A stretch of DNA of 64,000 nt from Eledone cirrhosa (GCA_964016885.1 OZ024744.1:56234001-56298000); one strand, 5' to 3'. Shown: positions 10,797 to 24,700, counted from the first letter of the stretch. Numbers and translations are program-made. Notes: generated by a model not told the origin, from the sequence alone.

Positions 10797-12984
10797 ATAT
10801 CTAGGTGTTTGTGAAGGAGACAGAATCAAGCACTTGACAATGAGGGAAAGGATAAGGAAGAAATGTTACCGCAAGGTAAGAGCAATATTAAGAACGGAAT
10901 TGAATGCAAGGAATAGAATCGATGCCATAAACACGCTTGCCATACCAGTAGTAACCTACAGTTACAATGTCATCAACTGGTCAAGCACAGAGATCCGTAG
11001 GCTCGATACAAAAATTAGAAAATTCTTAACCATGCACAGAATGTATCACCCTAAGGCAGATACAGATAGAATATATCTCCCTAGGAAAGAAGGAGGATGT
11101 GGATTAATCCAGTTAGATATTGCGTTGAAAACTGCAACAATTGGATTATCTACATATCTAAGGGAATCACATGATTGGATGATCAAACTCGTTTTGAAAC
11201 ACGAAAGCATCAAAAGATCATACTCCATTAGAAAAGATGCACAAAGATACAGTAATGGACTACAAATTTCAGAAGTCCCATTTACTGCTGAAATGGAAAA
11301 CACAGAAAAAGCAAAGCAGGTAAAAGTAACTGCAAAGAAAGAACTGCTACAGAAACTGGCTAAGAAATGGCAAGAAAAGCCTCTGTATGGAAAATACCCA
11401 GAAAGAGCTAACAATCCTGATGTTGACAAAACTTTAACCCATCAGTGGTTGGTATCCTCTGGACTGAAATTGGAGACTGAAGGACTAATTATATTAGTAC
11501 AAGATCAGTGTCTGCTAACAAAAAGTTACCAAGCCAACATAATAAAAAATGGATGCAACCCATTATGCCGTCATCATCATCATCATCATCATCATCGTTT
11601 AACGTCCATGTTCCACGCTTGCATGGGTTTGGATGGGAGTTTTCCCATTTGAGGCAAGAGTGGTTGTCTTGCTCGCATAAGACTGTCTGGCGGGTTTTCT
11701 ACAGCTGGATGCCCTTCCTAACACCAACCACATTTACAGCGTGGGGCTGGGAGGTTTTTACTGTGTTGCCTACACGACCACATTACAGCGTGGACTGTCT
11801 GGCGGGTTTTCTACAGCTGGATGCCACATTTACAGTGTGGGACTGGGAGGTTTTTACCGTGTTGCCTACACGGCCACATTACAGCGTGGACTGTGTTTTT
11901 TTGTCATGACACCTACACGATCTCATTTGTTTCGGCCTGGATGTTGTGGCACCAACATAACTTTACATTGAAAGGGGCGGTGTGGATGGGGTGAGGGTGG
12001 TGGGATGGGGTGTGTTTTGTTAGAGATGCCTACTGACTGTAGTAGCTTTTACTTTGTATTCAGGTAAGGCGGGTCTTCTCTATTACTGAGTACCGCCAAA
12101 GATCTCGGTCCAGTGACATTGTCTTGGAGAGGTGTAAGTGTGTGAGGTCGGAATTTATCAGGTCGTCCCAGGTTTTTCTGGGTCTGCCTACTCCGTGGCT
12201 ACCGTCTATCTTTATTGCCCTGCACTTTTTTATACAGCTGTCGTCTTTCATGCGCATCACGTGACCATACCAACGTAGGTATGTAAAAAACAACCAGAGA
12301 CCATTGATCATATAATTTCAATGTGCAGTCCTATAGCTCCAACCGAATACCTAAACAGGCACGACAGAGCTGCACAATACATACATTGGATAATGTGTAA
12401 GCATTTTGACCTGCCCCATCAAAAGAATTGGTGGGAGCATCAACCACCTCCTGTACTTGAAAAAGATCACATCTCAATCTTGTGGAACTTTAGCATCCAA
12501 ACAGACCGAAAAATAGATGCAAATAGACCAGATATAATACTGAAGGACTTTAAAATGAGGGTATGCCTGCTAATTGATATGTCCGTTCCAATAGACAAGA
12601 ACGTATCTATAAAAACATTTGAAAAATTGAGCAAGTATAAGGACCTGGAGATAGAAATTGGAAAAATGTGGAAATTGAGAACTAAAACAATACCAGTGGT
12701 TGTAGGTGTTCTAGGAATGATACCTAAGGGATCTAATGATTACTTATCGCAAATCCCAAGAAACCCGCGTATAGGAGAAATACAAAAGATAGTACTAATG
12801 GGAACTGCCCATATACTAAGGAAGATTCTGTCAATATAAGTGCATCACAAGTCTAAACACCTAAAGATGCATGTGTATGTATGTGTGTTCTTTCTTAAAC
12901 ATGGCGGACCTTGTTGTCTCTTGAGGTCACTGGTTGTGACTTGGTGATAAATCGTATGAACATAAAGCAAGATAAATGCAGCTG
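10797..12984 (+). mobile_element. R4/Dong-like RLE non-LTR retrotransposon, 5'-truncated, interrupted by an RTE insertion
   Basis: RT thumb (YLG.., RIYLPRKEGGCGL), CCHC knuckle (LCR|VCKKQPETIDHIISMC), RHD motif and restriction-like endonuclease (NRPDI..LIDMSVP..EKLSKY). ORFs 10834-11570 and 12279-12839. (TAA)n on both sides. Confidence 0.88.
11571..12277 (-). mobile_element. RTE-clade LINE family B, 3' fragment
   Basis: LRWYGHVMRMKDDSCIKKC..GRPRKTW, a long 3' UTR containing GGAAGGGCATCCAGCTGTAGAAA, and a (GAT)n tail. Confidence 0.88.
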
Positions 12985-13008
12985 TAATAATAATAATAAT
13001 AATAGTAA

Positions 13009-13196
13009 TAATTGTTTCTACTTTAGGCACAAGGCCAGCAATTACCCAGTGCATTACTGGTACTTTATTTTATCGACCCCGTAAGGATGAAAGGCAAAGT
13101 CAACCTCGGCGGGATTTGAACTCAGATCGTAAAGGGAGGTAACTATGCTGGAAAGCATGGCATCCGACCCTCTACCGATACTGCCAATCCACCGCC
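13009..13196 (-). mobile_element. SINE S1 copy, near consensus
   Basis: Full length, with its tail merging into the (TAA)n that ends the Dong-like element. Confidence 0.92.
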
Positions 13197-13987
13197 AAAT
13201 AATAATAAATTCCACAATGTGACAAGGTTATTAAGCCATGTAATATTTCATTCATAAATTCCTAACATGGGGAATCAATGAAAAAAAATCACAGAAAATA
13301 AAGTCATGGGACAAAAGTGTCATGTATTCTTCCAGTTATAACATGGGATATCCATGAAAAACATTACAGAAAAAAAGTCACCTATTATTTAAATACTATT
13401 TGAAAAAGATAATTTATCTAAAATGGTGGAAACATATCTACAAAGACATAAGAAAAATAAAACACTGATAATACTTAAAATTCCAGTTTAAATCTTGTTT
13501 TCTTAGTGAAAAGTGGAACTATTTTTCTGTGCCTTCCTCCTCATGATTTTATTACCATTCACTAACATGACAACAGTACTATGTGAGACAGTGGTGCACG
13601 TGTGAGTGTGTGTATGTGTGTGAGTGAGTGCGTGTGTTGTGTGTGTGTGTGTACAAGGTCACAGTTAACCATGTGGCTAATTCTTCTAATTGTTGAATTA
13701 TTATCAGGAAGTACAGACTAATCATGGCGTACATTTCAAGCAATGAGAACATCAAGCTAAATATTTTTTTCTTTGCACTTATCAGTAACAAATGACCTGA
13801 CCCACATGAAATTATTTTTTTAAAAGTACAATTATCATTATTACTTATTTGATGTATTGTTAACAAGGCTTAATTATTTTTTTTATTTTTTATATTTTTA
13901 CATATTAACAGCAAGTAAAATGAGGATGAAACTCAGAAACGAATAGGAACATCTAATAGTGTATAGTTTAATGAAATAATTAATAAT

Positions 13988-14497
13988 TTAAGCCTTTTAA
14001 TACCAAACTACCTCAAAATACCTCTGGTTTTATAATACAAAACTATGTTTTAAAATGTTTATATTTATCTAAAAACTTTTCATTGTAGTTTTAAATGAGA
14101 ACCTTCATTAAACACCAGTTTAATAATGAGAAAGTTTGTTATATTCTAAATCCTTCGAAATTCTTGATTATTTTCAAAATTGTTTGAAAATTATAGATAG
14201 TTTTTTTCATTAGAAATATGGTAATAAAAGGGTTAGAAAAATAAATAATAATTTTACCCTTTTGATATCAAAATGCTTGAAACTACACCTGGCTCTATGA
14301 TATAAAATTGTTTAATTTAAACTATTTATATTTATCTAAAAAACTTCCATAATAATTTTATACAAGAACCTTTGTTAACTTAAGTTCCAAATACCAGCAT
14401 AATAAAGAGAAAGTTAATTATTGATTATTTTCAAAATGATTTGAAAATTATAGATAATGTTTGTTTTTTTATTAGAAATATAGTAATGAAAGATTAA
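13988..14497. mobile_element. Two adjacent piggyBac-like MITEs (13988-14235, 14254-14497)
   Basis: ~245-bp units with TTAA-CCCTTT... / ...ATGGTAAYAAAAGGG-TTAA-like termini. The family recurs at 15.4, 52.2, 53.3 and 54.8 kb. Confidence 0.6.
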
Positions 14498-14520
14498 TAG
14501 AAATAACTAACATTATGTAA

Positions 14521-14598
14521 TTTACGGGGTCGATAAAATAAAGTACCAGTAATGTACTGGGTATTTGCTAGCCTTGTGCCTAACGTAGAAACAATTAT
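14521..14598 (+). mobile_element. SINE S1 3' fragment
   Basis: TTACGGGGTCGATAAAATAAAGTACCAG...AGAAACAATTAT. Confidence 0.85.
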
Positions 14599-14619
14599 GT
14601 AATTTAATGAAATAAGTAA

Positions 14620-14818
14620 CAGGACTGTCAACTCTCCTTGTCGGACAGGGAGATCTCCCAACCACTACTTTGGGGTGGGTGAGAGATGTCTTCTCTAGTG
14701 AAAATGGGTATAGCTTTCATTATGTAAAATCTCCCCCATTTTGCATCATTTCTCCTTGTTTTGGGGCACTTTTTTTCATGGTACTCCCCGTTTGGGGTTT
14801 TAGTGGATGGCAGGTCTG
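14620..14818. mobile_element. Possible short MITE with decayed CAGACCTGCCAAC-like TIRs
   Basis: Ends CAGGACTGTCAAC and GATGGCAGGTCTG. A similar pair lies at ~57510-57578. Confidence 0.35.
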
Positions 14819-14830
14819 AAGTAATAACTT

Positions 14831-15015
14831 AATTGTTTCTACTTTTGGCACAAGGCCAGCAACTATCCCAGTGCATTACTGGTACTTTATTTTATCGACC
14901 CTGTAAGGATGAAAGGCAAAGTTAACCTCGGCAGGATTTGAACTCAGAATGGCAAGAGCCGTAACTCTATGCGTCAAAGCATGGCATCCGACCCTCTACC
15001 GATACTGCCAATCCA
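14831..15015 (-). mobile_element. SINE S1 copy
   Basis: Full-length reverse-complement match. Confidence 0.9.
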
Positions 15016-15394
15016 CAGTAATAGCTTAATGCGAATAAATTATGTATAGTTGAGTGAAGTAATAATTTAATTAAAATAACTAACAAGAATAACTAATAGT
15101 AATAACTATGTGTAGTAATAATTCAGAAGAAATAACTAATAGTGTATAGTTTGGTAAAAACAAGTAATAATTCAGTAATAAAAACTAACAAATAGAAATG
15201 ATAAGTGTCTGTATTCATGTCAGATTAAGTAAGAAGGATCGATGTTAAGAGATAACAGAATGAGAAAGTTTCTTACCTCTAAATAAGAACTAAACAGTTC
15301 CAAGTAGATGATGTTGGGGAGCAAGAAGAGCTTTAATAGTTTAGTCAAGACGGGTTCAGGATAAAATATTGTATGGATGTTGTCTGTACTTATC

Positions 15395-15644
15395 TAATCC
15401 TTTTGGTACAAACCCACCTGAAACTGCCCCAGTTTCTGTGATAAAAAAAATGCCTGTTTTAAAGTGTTTATGTTTATATTAACACCTATTGTAATTTTAT
15501 GTAAGAATATTTTGTTAAGTAATGCTTCAAACACCAACTCAATAACAAGAAAGTTAGTTTCGTTTTACTAAATTCCTCCAGTTTTTTTGTTATTATTTAT
15601 AAAAGCAGTGTAATTCATTAAAAGTATGATAACAAGAGAGTTAA
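15395..15644. mobile_element. piggyBac-like MITE, decayed
   Basis: Same internal sequence and termini as the 14-kb copies. Confidence 0.55.
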
Positions 15645-16103
15645 TAAATCAATAAAGACTAACATAAAATGAAGCCTCTCTTTTACTTTGGCTATATAAA
15701 TCTCTCCTTCTCAATTATTAAATTTGCATGTATCACCAAAATGGTCAAATATGTATTTCCAAATAAATGCAAAGAGAGTAATCTTTGCATATCTCAAGGT
15801 CCTGAGTCATCTAAGGCTTCTTTAAAATATGATTTTTTTTTTAATTCAAAGAAAAAAAAGAATATATAAAAAAAAGATAATTTACCAACATTTTACATTT
15901 AAGAACAAGAATAACAAATGCCATCTGAGAATTAAACTTAACCAAACAATATACATGCCATTTTTTATGGAGTAGATAGAGCAGATAAACTAATGTTGAT
16001 GATGCTCTTCATGAAATAAAATGGATTTTCAGCAAAGACATATATAAATTATAAATGTCAAAAACACAGAATGAAAGTCAACTCAGTTATGAGTTATTAG
16101 CTA

Positions 16104-16353
16104 TTAATCCTTTAGCATTTAAACCAACTGCATCTGGCCAGAAATCTCTCATGTCTTTATGTTCAAACTGGATGTAACTGGCCACCCAAACTGATGTTAA
16201 GGTATTGTTCTCAAAATAAATAATATCAAAATCTCATAGATTCGATATTATGTGAGATAATTATGTGAGGTAAAACCTTTACTATGAAAATATAATAGTA
16301 AATAGTAAATACAATAGTATATATATAGAGTAATGTAAATGTTAAAGGGTTAA
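16104..16353. mobile_element. piggyBac-like MITE, second family
   Basis: TTAA-TCCTTTAGCATTTA ... TAAATGTTAAAGGG-TTAA terminal inverted repeats with TTAA duplication. Confidence 0.65.
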
Positions 16354-16681
16354 ATTAACTAACTCAAATTATGAGCTATTAGCTAATTAAACACTATAAA
16401 AAAGGAAATTTTAATTTTTTTTTTAAATCAACAAATAATAAGAAGTAGAATTCATTTCTCCTTTAACTACTATATGTCAGTTATATTATTTACAAACTGA
16501 GCATTGTTAAAATATATGAACAAGAAACAAGGTAAACTAAAAAGATATCATATATCTTAAGAGTTTGATAAACAGGATATATGTACAATATTATACAAGT
16601 ATTATATTAATAATGATAATAATATAATCACAAAGAAAAATTAATTTAAGAGAAAAGAGGAGAGGTAGGAAATTATATACA

Positions 16682-16692
16682 TTATATATATA

Positions 16693-16776
<84 letters not shown>

Positions 16777-16803
16777 TTATCATCATCATCATCATCATAT
16801 ATA
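16682..16803. repeat. (TA)n plus (CAT)n microsatellite
   Basis: Direct reading. Confidence 0.95.
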
Positions 16804-17131
16804 CATTTTTATAGTTATCAAATAATATCTGCAAACAATTACAAAACAAATGAACCCAGGTTCAAGAACAGTATTACAATAATGTGATAAAATACTCCTG
16901 AAGTTAAAACAAGGCTTCTAAGAATATTGATGGATTTCAGATTAACAGTAAAATAAAATAAAATAAAATAAAATAAGAAAAAAATCATAACAGGAGTTAA
17001 TTTAATACTGAAATTAAATGTTTTAAAAATTAGATGTTAATATCAATAATTATATTAATGCAACTGTGTTTCGTGACTGATGTTATCTGAGTTCCATCCT
17101 GCTCCATATATATATATAGATATATAGATAT

Positions 17132-17375
17132 ACAAAGAAAGTGTGGTAAGATACCAAGTGAATTATAACACACCAGAGTACTCAATACTTAGGGTGGGTA
17201 AAAGGAAAAGAGTCAGGACCCCGACGGCCATTTCAACAGCTAGATCTAGCTGTCGAAATGGCCAGAGCTCAGCCATCGGGTTCCTGGTCTTTTCCTATTT
17301 CCCACTTTACTACCCTAAGTATTGAGTACTCTGGTACGTTATGGTCCATCTGGTTCCTTACCACAATTCCTTTGT
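17132..17375. mobile_element. Foldback (fully palindromic) MITE-like element in a TA tract
   Basis: The arms share ACCAGAGTACTCAATACTTAGGGT in inverted orientation. Perfect central palindrome ACAGCTAGATCTAGCTGT (17236-17253). (TA)n on both sides. Confidence 0.8.
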
Positions 17376-17608
17376 TTTATATATATATATAAATATTATG
17401 CAATATTATATATATATATATATATATAAATATTATGCAAGCAAACTAATCAAAGAGGTGAGGTAAGGGATTAGTTATGAAAATTACATGCCAAAAACAC
17501 ATCACCAGCATGTGGACTTATTTTATCCAATTATTGCATTTATTGTAGCCTTTTTTTTTCAGTGATATGATTTCCTTTTGAATTTTTATGTTTAAATCTT
17601 TTCTTTTC

Positions 17609-17727
17609 GGCTCCGATAAGGGAATCTTATTGAATATTTATTTTTACTTCACAAACATCGATCGTAAAATCGATTATATACTCTATGTACAAATTAATGA
17701 TTTGGTTTCCGAAACAATTTGTCAGCC
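17609..17727 (+). ncRNA. Degenerate type I hammerhead-like motif with long stem II loop
   Basis: GGCT-[CCGATAA]-GGGAATC...GGTTTCC-GAAA-CAATTTG-TC-AGCC. Stems I, II and III pair, and the core differs from CUGANGA at two positions. Confidence 0.45.
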
Positions 17728-17766
17728 AGTAAATGTAATTATTCAAAAATGTTGTTCTCTCTGATA

Positions 17767-17797
<31 letters not shown>

Positions 17798-17799
17798 CA

Positions 17800-18072
17800 T
17801 TGTTATACTTTGGGAGGGTCATGTTGCCAATAAGAAACACACGCACCAGTTGCTTTCAGTTCAATTTATTATAATAAATTTATAAATTTAGGGATTTATA
17901 AATTTCAGGTTGGTTGGTTGGTTCCACAACCAGATGGTTGTTTATATATTGTCAAAGTTCTTTCGTCACACATTCTGTGATCTCTTCAGTGACTGGGGTT
18001 CTTTTCTTTGTTTTTTGTGCCTTTACTTTGTTCTGTCCTACGCCATCTTGTTTGGCGTAGGACAGAACAAAG
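17800..18072 (-). mobile_element. Penelope-like element terminal (pseudo-LTR) remnant
   Basis: Contains a minimal hammerhead motif (17951-17993), a downstream AATAAA on the minus strand, a 20-bp perfect inverted 5' end (18026-18072) and a TA-tract 3' boundary. Confidence 0.5.
17951..17993 (-). ncRNA. Minimal hammerhead ribozyme-like motif
   Basis: Minus strand GTCA-CTGAAGA-GATCACAGAATGTGTGAC-GAAA-GAAC-TT-TGAC: intact CUGANGA and GAAA, 4-bp stem I, stem II, very short stem III. Confidence 0.55.
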
Positions 18073-18525
18073 GAGTCAGGTAACTAATCCATTTATTACT
18101 AAACCAACTGATGAATTGATTAGTTACAAGTTGAATAATACAAACTGAAGTGAAACTCAACTGGCACATGTAGATTTAATAGCAGTATGACCCATATAAA
18201 GAATCAAATTTATATATAATGTTAATGTAAATATATATAATGTATATAGTTAAGATTTTAAAATATAATGTAATATAATGTAATGTAATATAATATGATA
18301 TAATATAATATAATATAATATAATATAATATAATATAATATAATATAATATAATATAATATAATATAACATAATATAATATAATATAATATAATATGATA
18401 TAATTTAATATTATATTATATAATATAATAAATATAATAAATATAATATAATATAATATAATATAAAATAATATAATATAATAAAATATAATATATGATA
18501 TAATATAATAAATAGAATATAATAT

Positions 18526-18712
18526 AATTGTTTCTGATTTAGGCACAAGGCCAGCAATTACCCAGTGCATTACTGGTACTTTATTTTATCGACCCCGTAA
18601 GGATGAAAGGCAAAGTCAACATCGGCGGGATTTGAACTCAGATCGTAAAAGGACATAACTATGCTGTAAAGCATGGCGTCCGACACTCTACCGATACTGC
18701 CAATCCACCACC
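18526..18712 (-). mobile_element. SINE S1 in array
   Basis: Full-length match. Confidence 0.92.
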
Positions 18713-21700
18713 TTATAATATAATATAATAAATATAATAATTATAATAAATATAATATAATATAACATAATATAATAAATCTAATATAATCTAATATAAT
18801 ATAATATAATATAATATAATATAATATAATATAATATAATATAATAAATATAATAATTATAATAAATATAATAAATATAATATAATATAATATAAAATAA
18901 TAAATATAATATAATATAATATAATATATTATAATATAATAAACATAATATAATATAATATAAAATAATATAATATGATATAATATAATATACTATAATA
19001 TAATATAACATAATATAATATAATATAATAAATATAATAAATATAATATAAAATAATATAATATAATATAATATAATATAATATAATATAATATAATAAA
19101 TATAATATAATATAATATAATATAATAAATATAATATAATTTAATATAATATAATAAATATAATATAATAAAATAAATATAATATAATTAATATAATATA
19201 ATATAATTAATATAATATAATATGCTATAATATAATATAATATAAGATAACATAATAAATATAATATAATATGATATAATATAATATAATATAATATGAT
19301 ATAATATATTAAATATAATAATTATAATAAATATAATAAATATAATATAATATAATATAATGTAATATAATATAATATATTATATTATATAATATAATAA
19401 ATATAATAAATATAATATAATATAATATAATGTAAAATAATATGATATAATATAATATAATATAAAATATAATACAATAAATATAATATAATATAATATA
19501 ATAAATATAATATAATATAATATAATATAATATAACAAATATAAGAAATATAAGAAAAATAGAATAATATAATATAATATAATATAATATGATGTAATAT
19601 AATATAATATAATATAATATAATATTATATAATATAATAAATAAAATATAATATAATATAATATAATATAATATAATAAATATAATATAATATAATATAA
19701 TATAATATAATATAATATAATATAATATAATATAATATAATATAATATAATATAATATAATATAATATGAGAAATATAAGAAATATGATATATATAATAT
19801 AATATAATATAATATAATATAATAAATATAAAATAATATAATATAATATAATATAATATAATATAATATAATATAATATAATAAATATAAAATAATATAA
19901 TATAATATAATATAACATAATATAATGTATTATAATATAATATAATATAATATAATATAATATAGTATAATAAATATAATATAATATAATAAATATAATA
20001 TAATATAATATAATATAATATAATATAATATAATATAATATAATATAATATAATATAATATAATATAATATAATATAATATAATATAATATAATATAATA
20101 TAAAATAATATAATATAATAAAATAAATATAATTTGATATAATATAATAAAATATGATATAATAAATATAATATGATATAATATAATTTAATATAATATG
20201 ATATAAGATAATACATATAATAAATATAATAAATATAATATAATAAATATAATATAATAAATATAATATAATATAATATAATATAATATAATAAATATAA
20301 AAAAAAAAAAATATAATATAATATAATATAATATAATATAATATAATATAATAAATATAAAATAATATAATATAATATAATGTAATATAATATAATAAAA
20401 TATAATATAATATAATATAATAAATATAATATAATATAATATAATATAATATAATAAATATAATATAATATAATATAATATAATATAATATAATATAATA
20501 TAATATAATATAATATAATATAATATAATAAATATAATAAATATAATATAATATAATGTAATATAATATAATATAATATAATATAATATAATATAATATA
20601 AAATAATATAATATAATATAAATATAATTTGATATAATATAATAAAATTGATATAATAAATATAATATAATATGATATAATATAATATGATATAATAAAT
20701 ATAAAATAATATAATATAATATAATGTAATACAATATAATAAAATATAATATAATATAATATAATATAGTACATATAATAAATATAATAAATATAATATA
20801 ATAAATATAATATAATATAATATAATATAATATAATATAATAAATAAAATATAATATAATATAATATAATATAAAATATAATAAATATAATATAATATAA
20901 TATAATATATTATAATATAATATAATATAATATAATATAATATGATATAATATAATAAATATAATATAATATAATAAATATAATATAATATAATATAATA
21001 TAATATAATAAATATAATAATTATAATAAATATAATAAATATAATATATAATATAATATAATAATTATAATATAATATAATATAATATAATATAATATAA
21101 TATAATATAATATAATATAATATAATATAATATATTGTAATATAATATAATATAATATAATAAACATAATATAATATAATATAAAATAATATAATATAAT
21201 ATAATATAATATAATATAACATAATATAATATAATATAATAAATATAATATAATATAATATAATATAATATAATATAATAAATATAATAAATATAATATA
21301 ATATAATATAATATAATATAATAAATATAATAAATATAATATAATATAATATAATATAATATAATATAATAAATATAATATAATATAATATGATATAATA
21401 TAATATAATATAATATAATAAATATAATATAATAAATATAATATAATTAATATAATATGCTATAATATAATATAATATAATATAACATAATAAATATAAT
21501 ATAATATGATATAATATAATATAATACATATAATAAATATAATAAATATAATATAATAAATATAATATAATATAATATAATATAATATAATAAATATAAA
21601 ATAATATAATATAATATAATATAATATAATATAATATAATATAATATACTATAATATAGTACATATAATAAATATAATAAATATAATATAATATAATATA

Positions 21701-24700
21701 ATAAATATAATATAATAAATATAATAAATATAATAAAAATAAAATAATATAATATAAAATAATATAATATAATATAACATAATATAATAAATATAATATA
21801 ATATAATATAATATAATAAATATAATATAATATAATATAATATTATATAATATAATAAATATAATATAATATAATATAATATAATACAATAAATATAATA
21901 TAATATAATATAATATAATATAATATAATATAATATAATATAATATAATATAATAAATATAATATAATATAATATAATATAGTACATATAATAAATATAA
22001 TAATTATAATAAATATAATAAATATAATATAATATAATATAATATAATAAATATAATATAATATAATATAATATAATAAATATTTTTAAAAAATAAATAT
22101 AATATAATATAATATAATACAATATAGATAATAAATATAAATAATATAATATAATATAATGTAATATAATATAATAAAATATAATATAATATAATATAAT
22201 ATAATATAATATAATATAATAAATATAAATAATATAATATAATATAATGTAATATAATATAATAAAATATAATATAATATAATATAATATAATAAATATA
22301 ATATAATATAATATAATATAATATAATATAATATAATATAATATAATAAATATAAAATAATATAATATAATATAACATAATATAATGTATTATAATATAA
22401 TATAATATAATATAATATAATATAATATAATATAATATATTATAATAAATATAATAAATATAATATAATATAATGTAATATAATATAATATAATATAATA
22501 TAATATAATATAATATAATATAAAATAATATAATATAATATAATAAATATAATTTGATATAATATAATAAAATATGATATAATAAATATAATATAATATA
22601 ATATAATATAATATGATATAATATAATACATATAATATATATAATAAATATAATATAATAAATATAATATAATATAATATAATATAATATAATATAATAT
22701 AATAAATATTTTAAAAAATAAATATAATATAATATGATATAATATAATATAATATAATAAATATAAAATAATATAATATAATATAATGTAATATAATATA
22801 ATAAAATATAATATAATATAATATAATACAGTACATATAATAAATATAATAAATATAATAAATATAATATAATAAATATAATATAATATAATATAATATA
22901 ATATAATAAATAAAATATAATATAATATAATATAATATAAAATTAATAAATATAATATAATATAATATAATATAATATATTATAATATAATATAATATAA
23001 TATAATATAATATAATATAATATGATATAATATAATAAATATAATATAATATAATAAATATAATATAATATAATATAATATAATATAATAAATATAATAA
23101 TTTATAATAAATATAATAAATATAATATATAATATAATATAATAATTATAATATAATATAATATAATATAATATAATATAATATAATATAATATAATATA
23201 TTGTAATATAATATAATATAATAAACATAATATAATATAATATAAAATAATATAATATAATATAATATAATATAATATAATATAATATAACATAATATAA
23301 TATAATATAATAAATATAATATAATATAATATAATATAATATAATATAATAAATATAATAAATATAATATAATATAATATAATATAATAAATATAATAAA
23401 TATAATATAATATAATATAATATAATATAATATAATAAATATAATATAATATAATATAATATAATATAATATAATATAATATAATATAATATAATAAATA
23501 TAATATAATAAATATAATATAATTAATATAATATGCTATAATATAATATAATATAATATAACATAATAAATATAATATAATATGATATAATATAATATAA
23601 TACATATAATAAATATAATAAATATAATATAATAAATATAATATAATATAATATAATATAATATAATATAATATGATAAATATAAAATAATATAATATAA
23701 TATAATATAATATAATATAATATAATATAATAAAATATAATATACTATAATAGAGTACATATAATAAATATAATAAATATAATATAATATAATATAATAT
23801 AATATAATATAATAAGTATAATATAATATAATAAATATAATATAATAAATATAATAAATATAATAAAAATAAAATAATATAATATAAAATAATATAAGAT
23901 AATATATAATATAATATAATAAATATAAGAAATATAAGAAAAATAAAATAATATAATATAATATAATATAATATAATATAATATAATATAACATAATATA
24001 ATAAATATAATATAATATAATATAATATAATAAATATAATATAATATAATATAATATAATATAATATTATATAATATAATAAATATAATATAATATAATA
24101 TAATATAATATAATAAATATAATATAATATAATATAATATAATATAATATAATATAATATAATATAATATAATATAATATAATATAATATAATAAATATA
24201 ATATAATATAATAAATATAATATAATATAATATAATATAATATAATAAATATAATAATTATAATAAATATAATAAATATAATATAATATAATATAATATA
24301 ATAAATATAATATAATATAATATAATATATTATAATATAATATAATAAAATATAATATAATATAATATAATATAATAAATATAATATAATATAATATAAT
24401 ATAATATTATATAATATAATATAATCTAATAAAATATAATAAATTGTAATATAATATAATATAATATAATAAACATAATATAATATAATATAAAATAATA
24501 TAATATAATATAATATAATATAATATAATATAACATAATATAATATAATATAATAAATATAATATAATATAATATAATATAATATAATATAATATAATAA
24601 ACATAATAAATATAATATAATATAATATAATATAAAATAATATAATAAATATTATAAATATAATATAATATAATATAATATAATAAATATAATATAATAA

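Noticed and set aside
15277-15383. Possible minus-strand exon (good GAG|GTAAGA donor, one open frame)
   Set aside because: Weak acceptor, no recognisable protein similarity and no partner exons. It needs RNA evidence.
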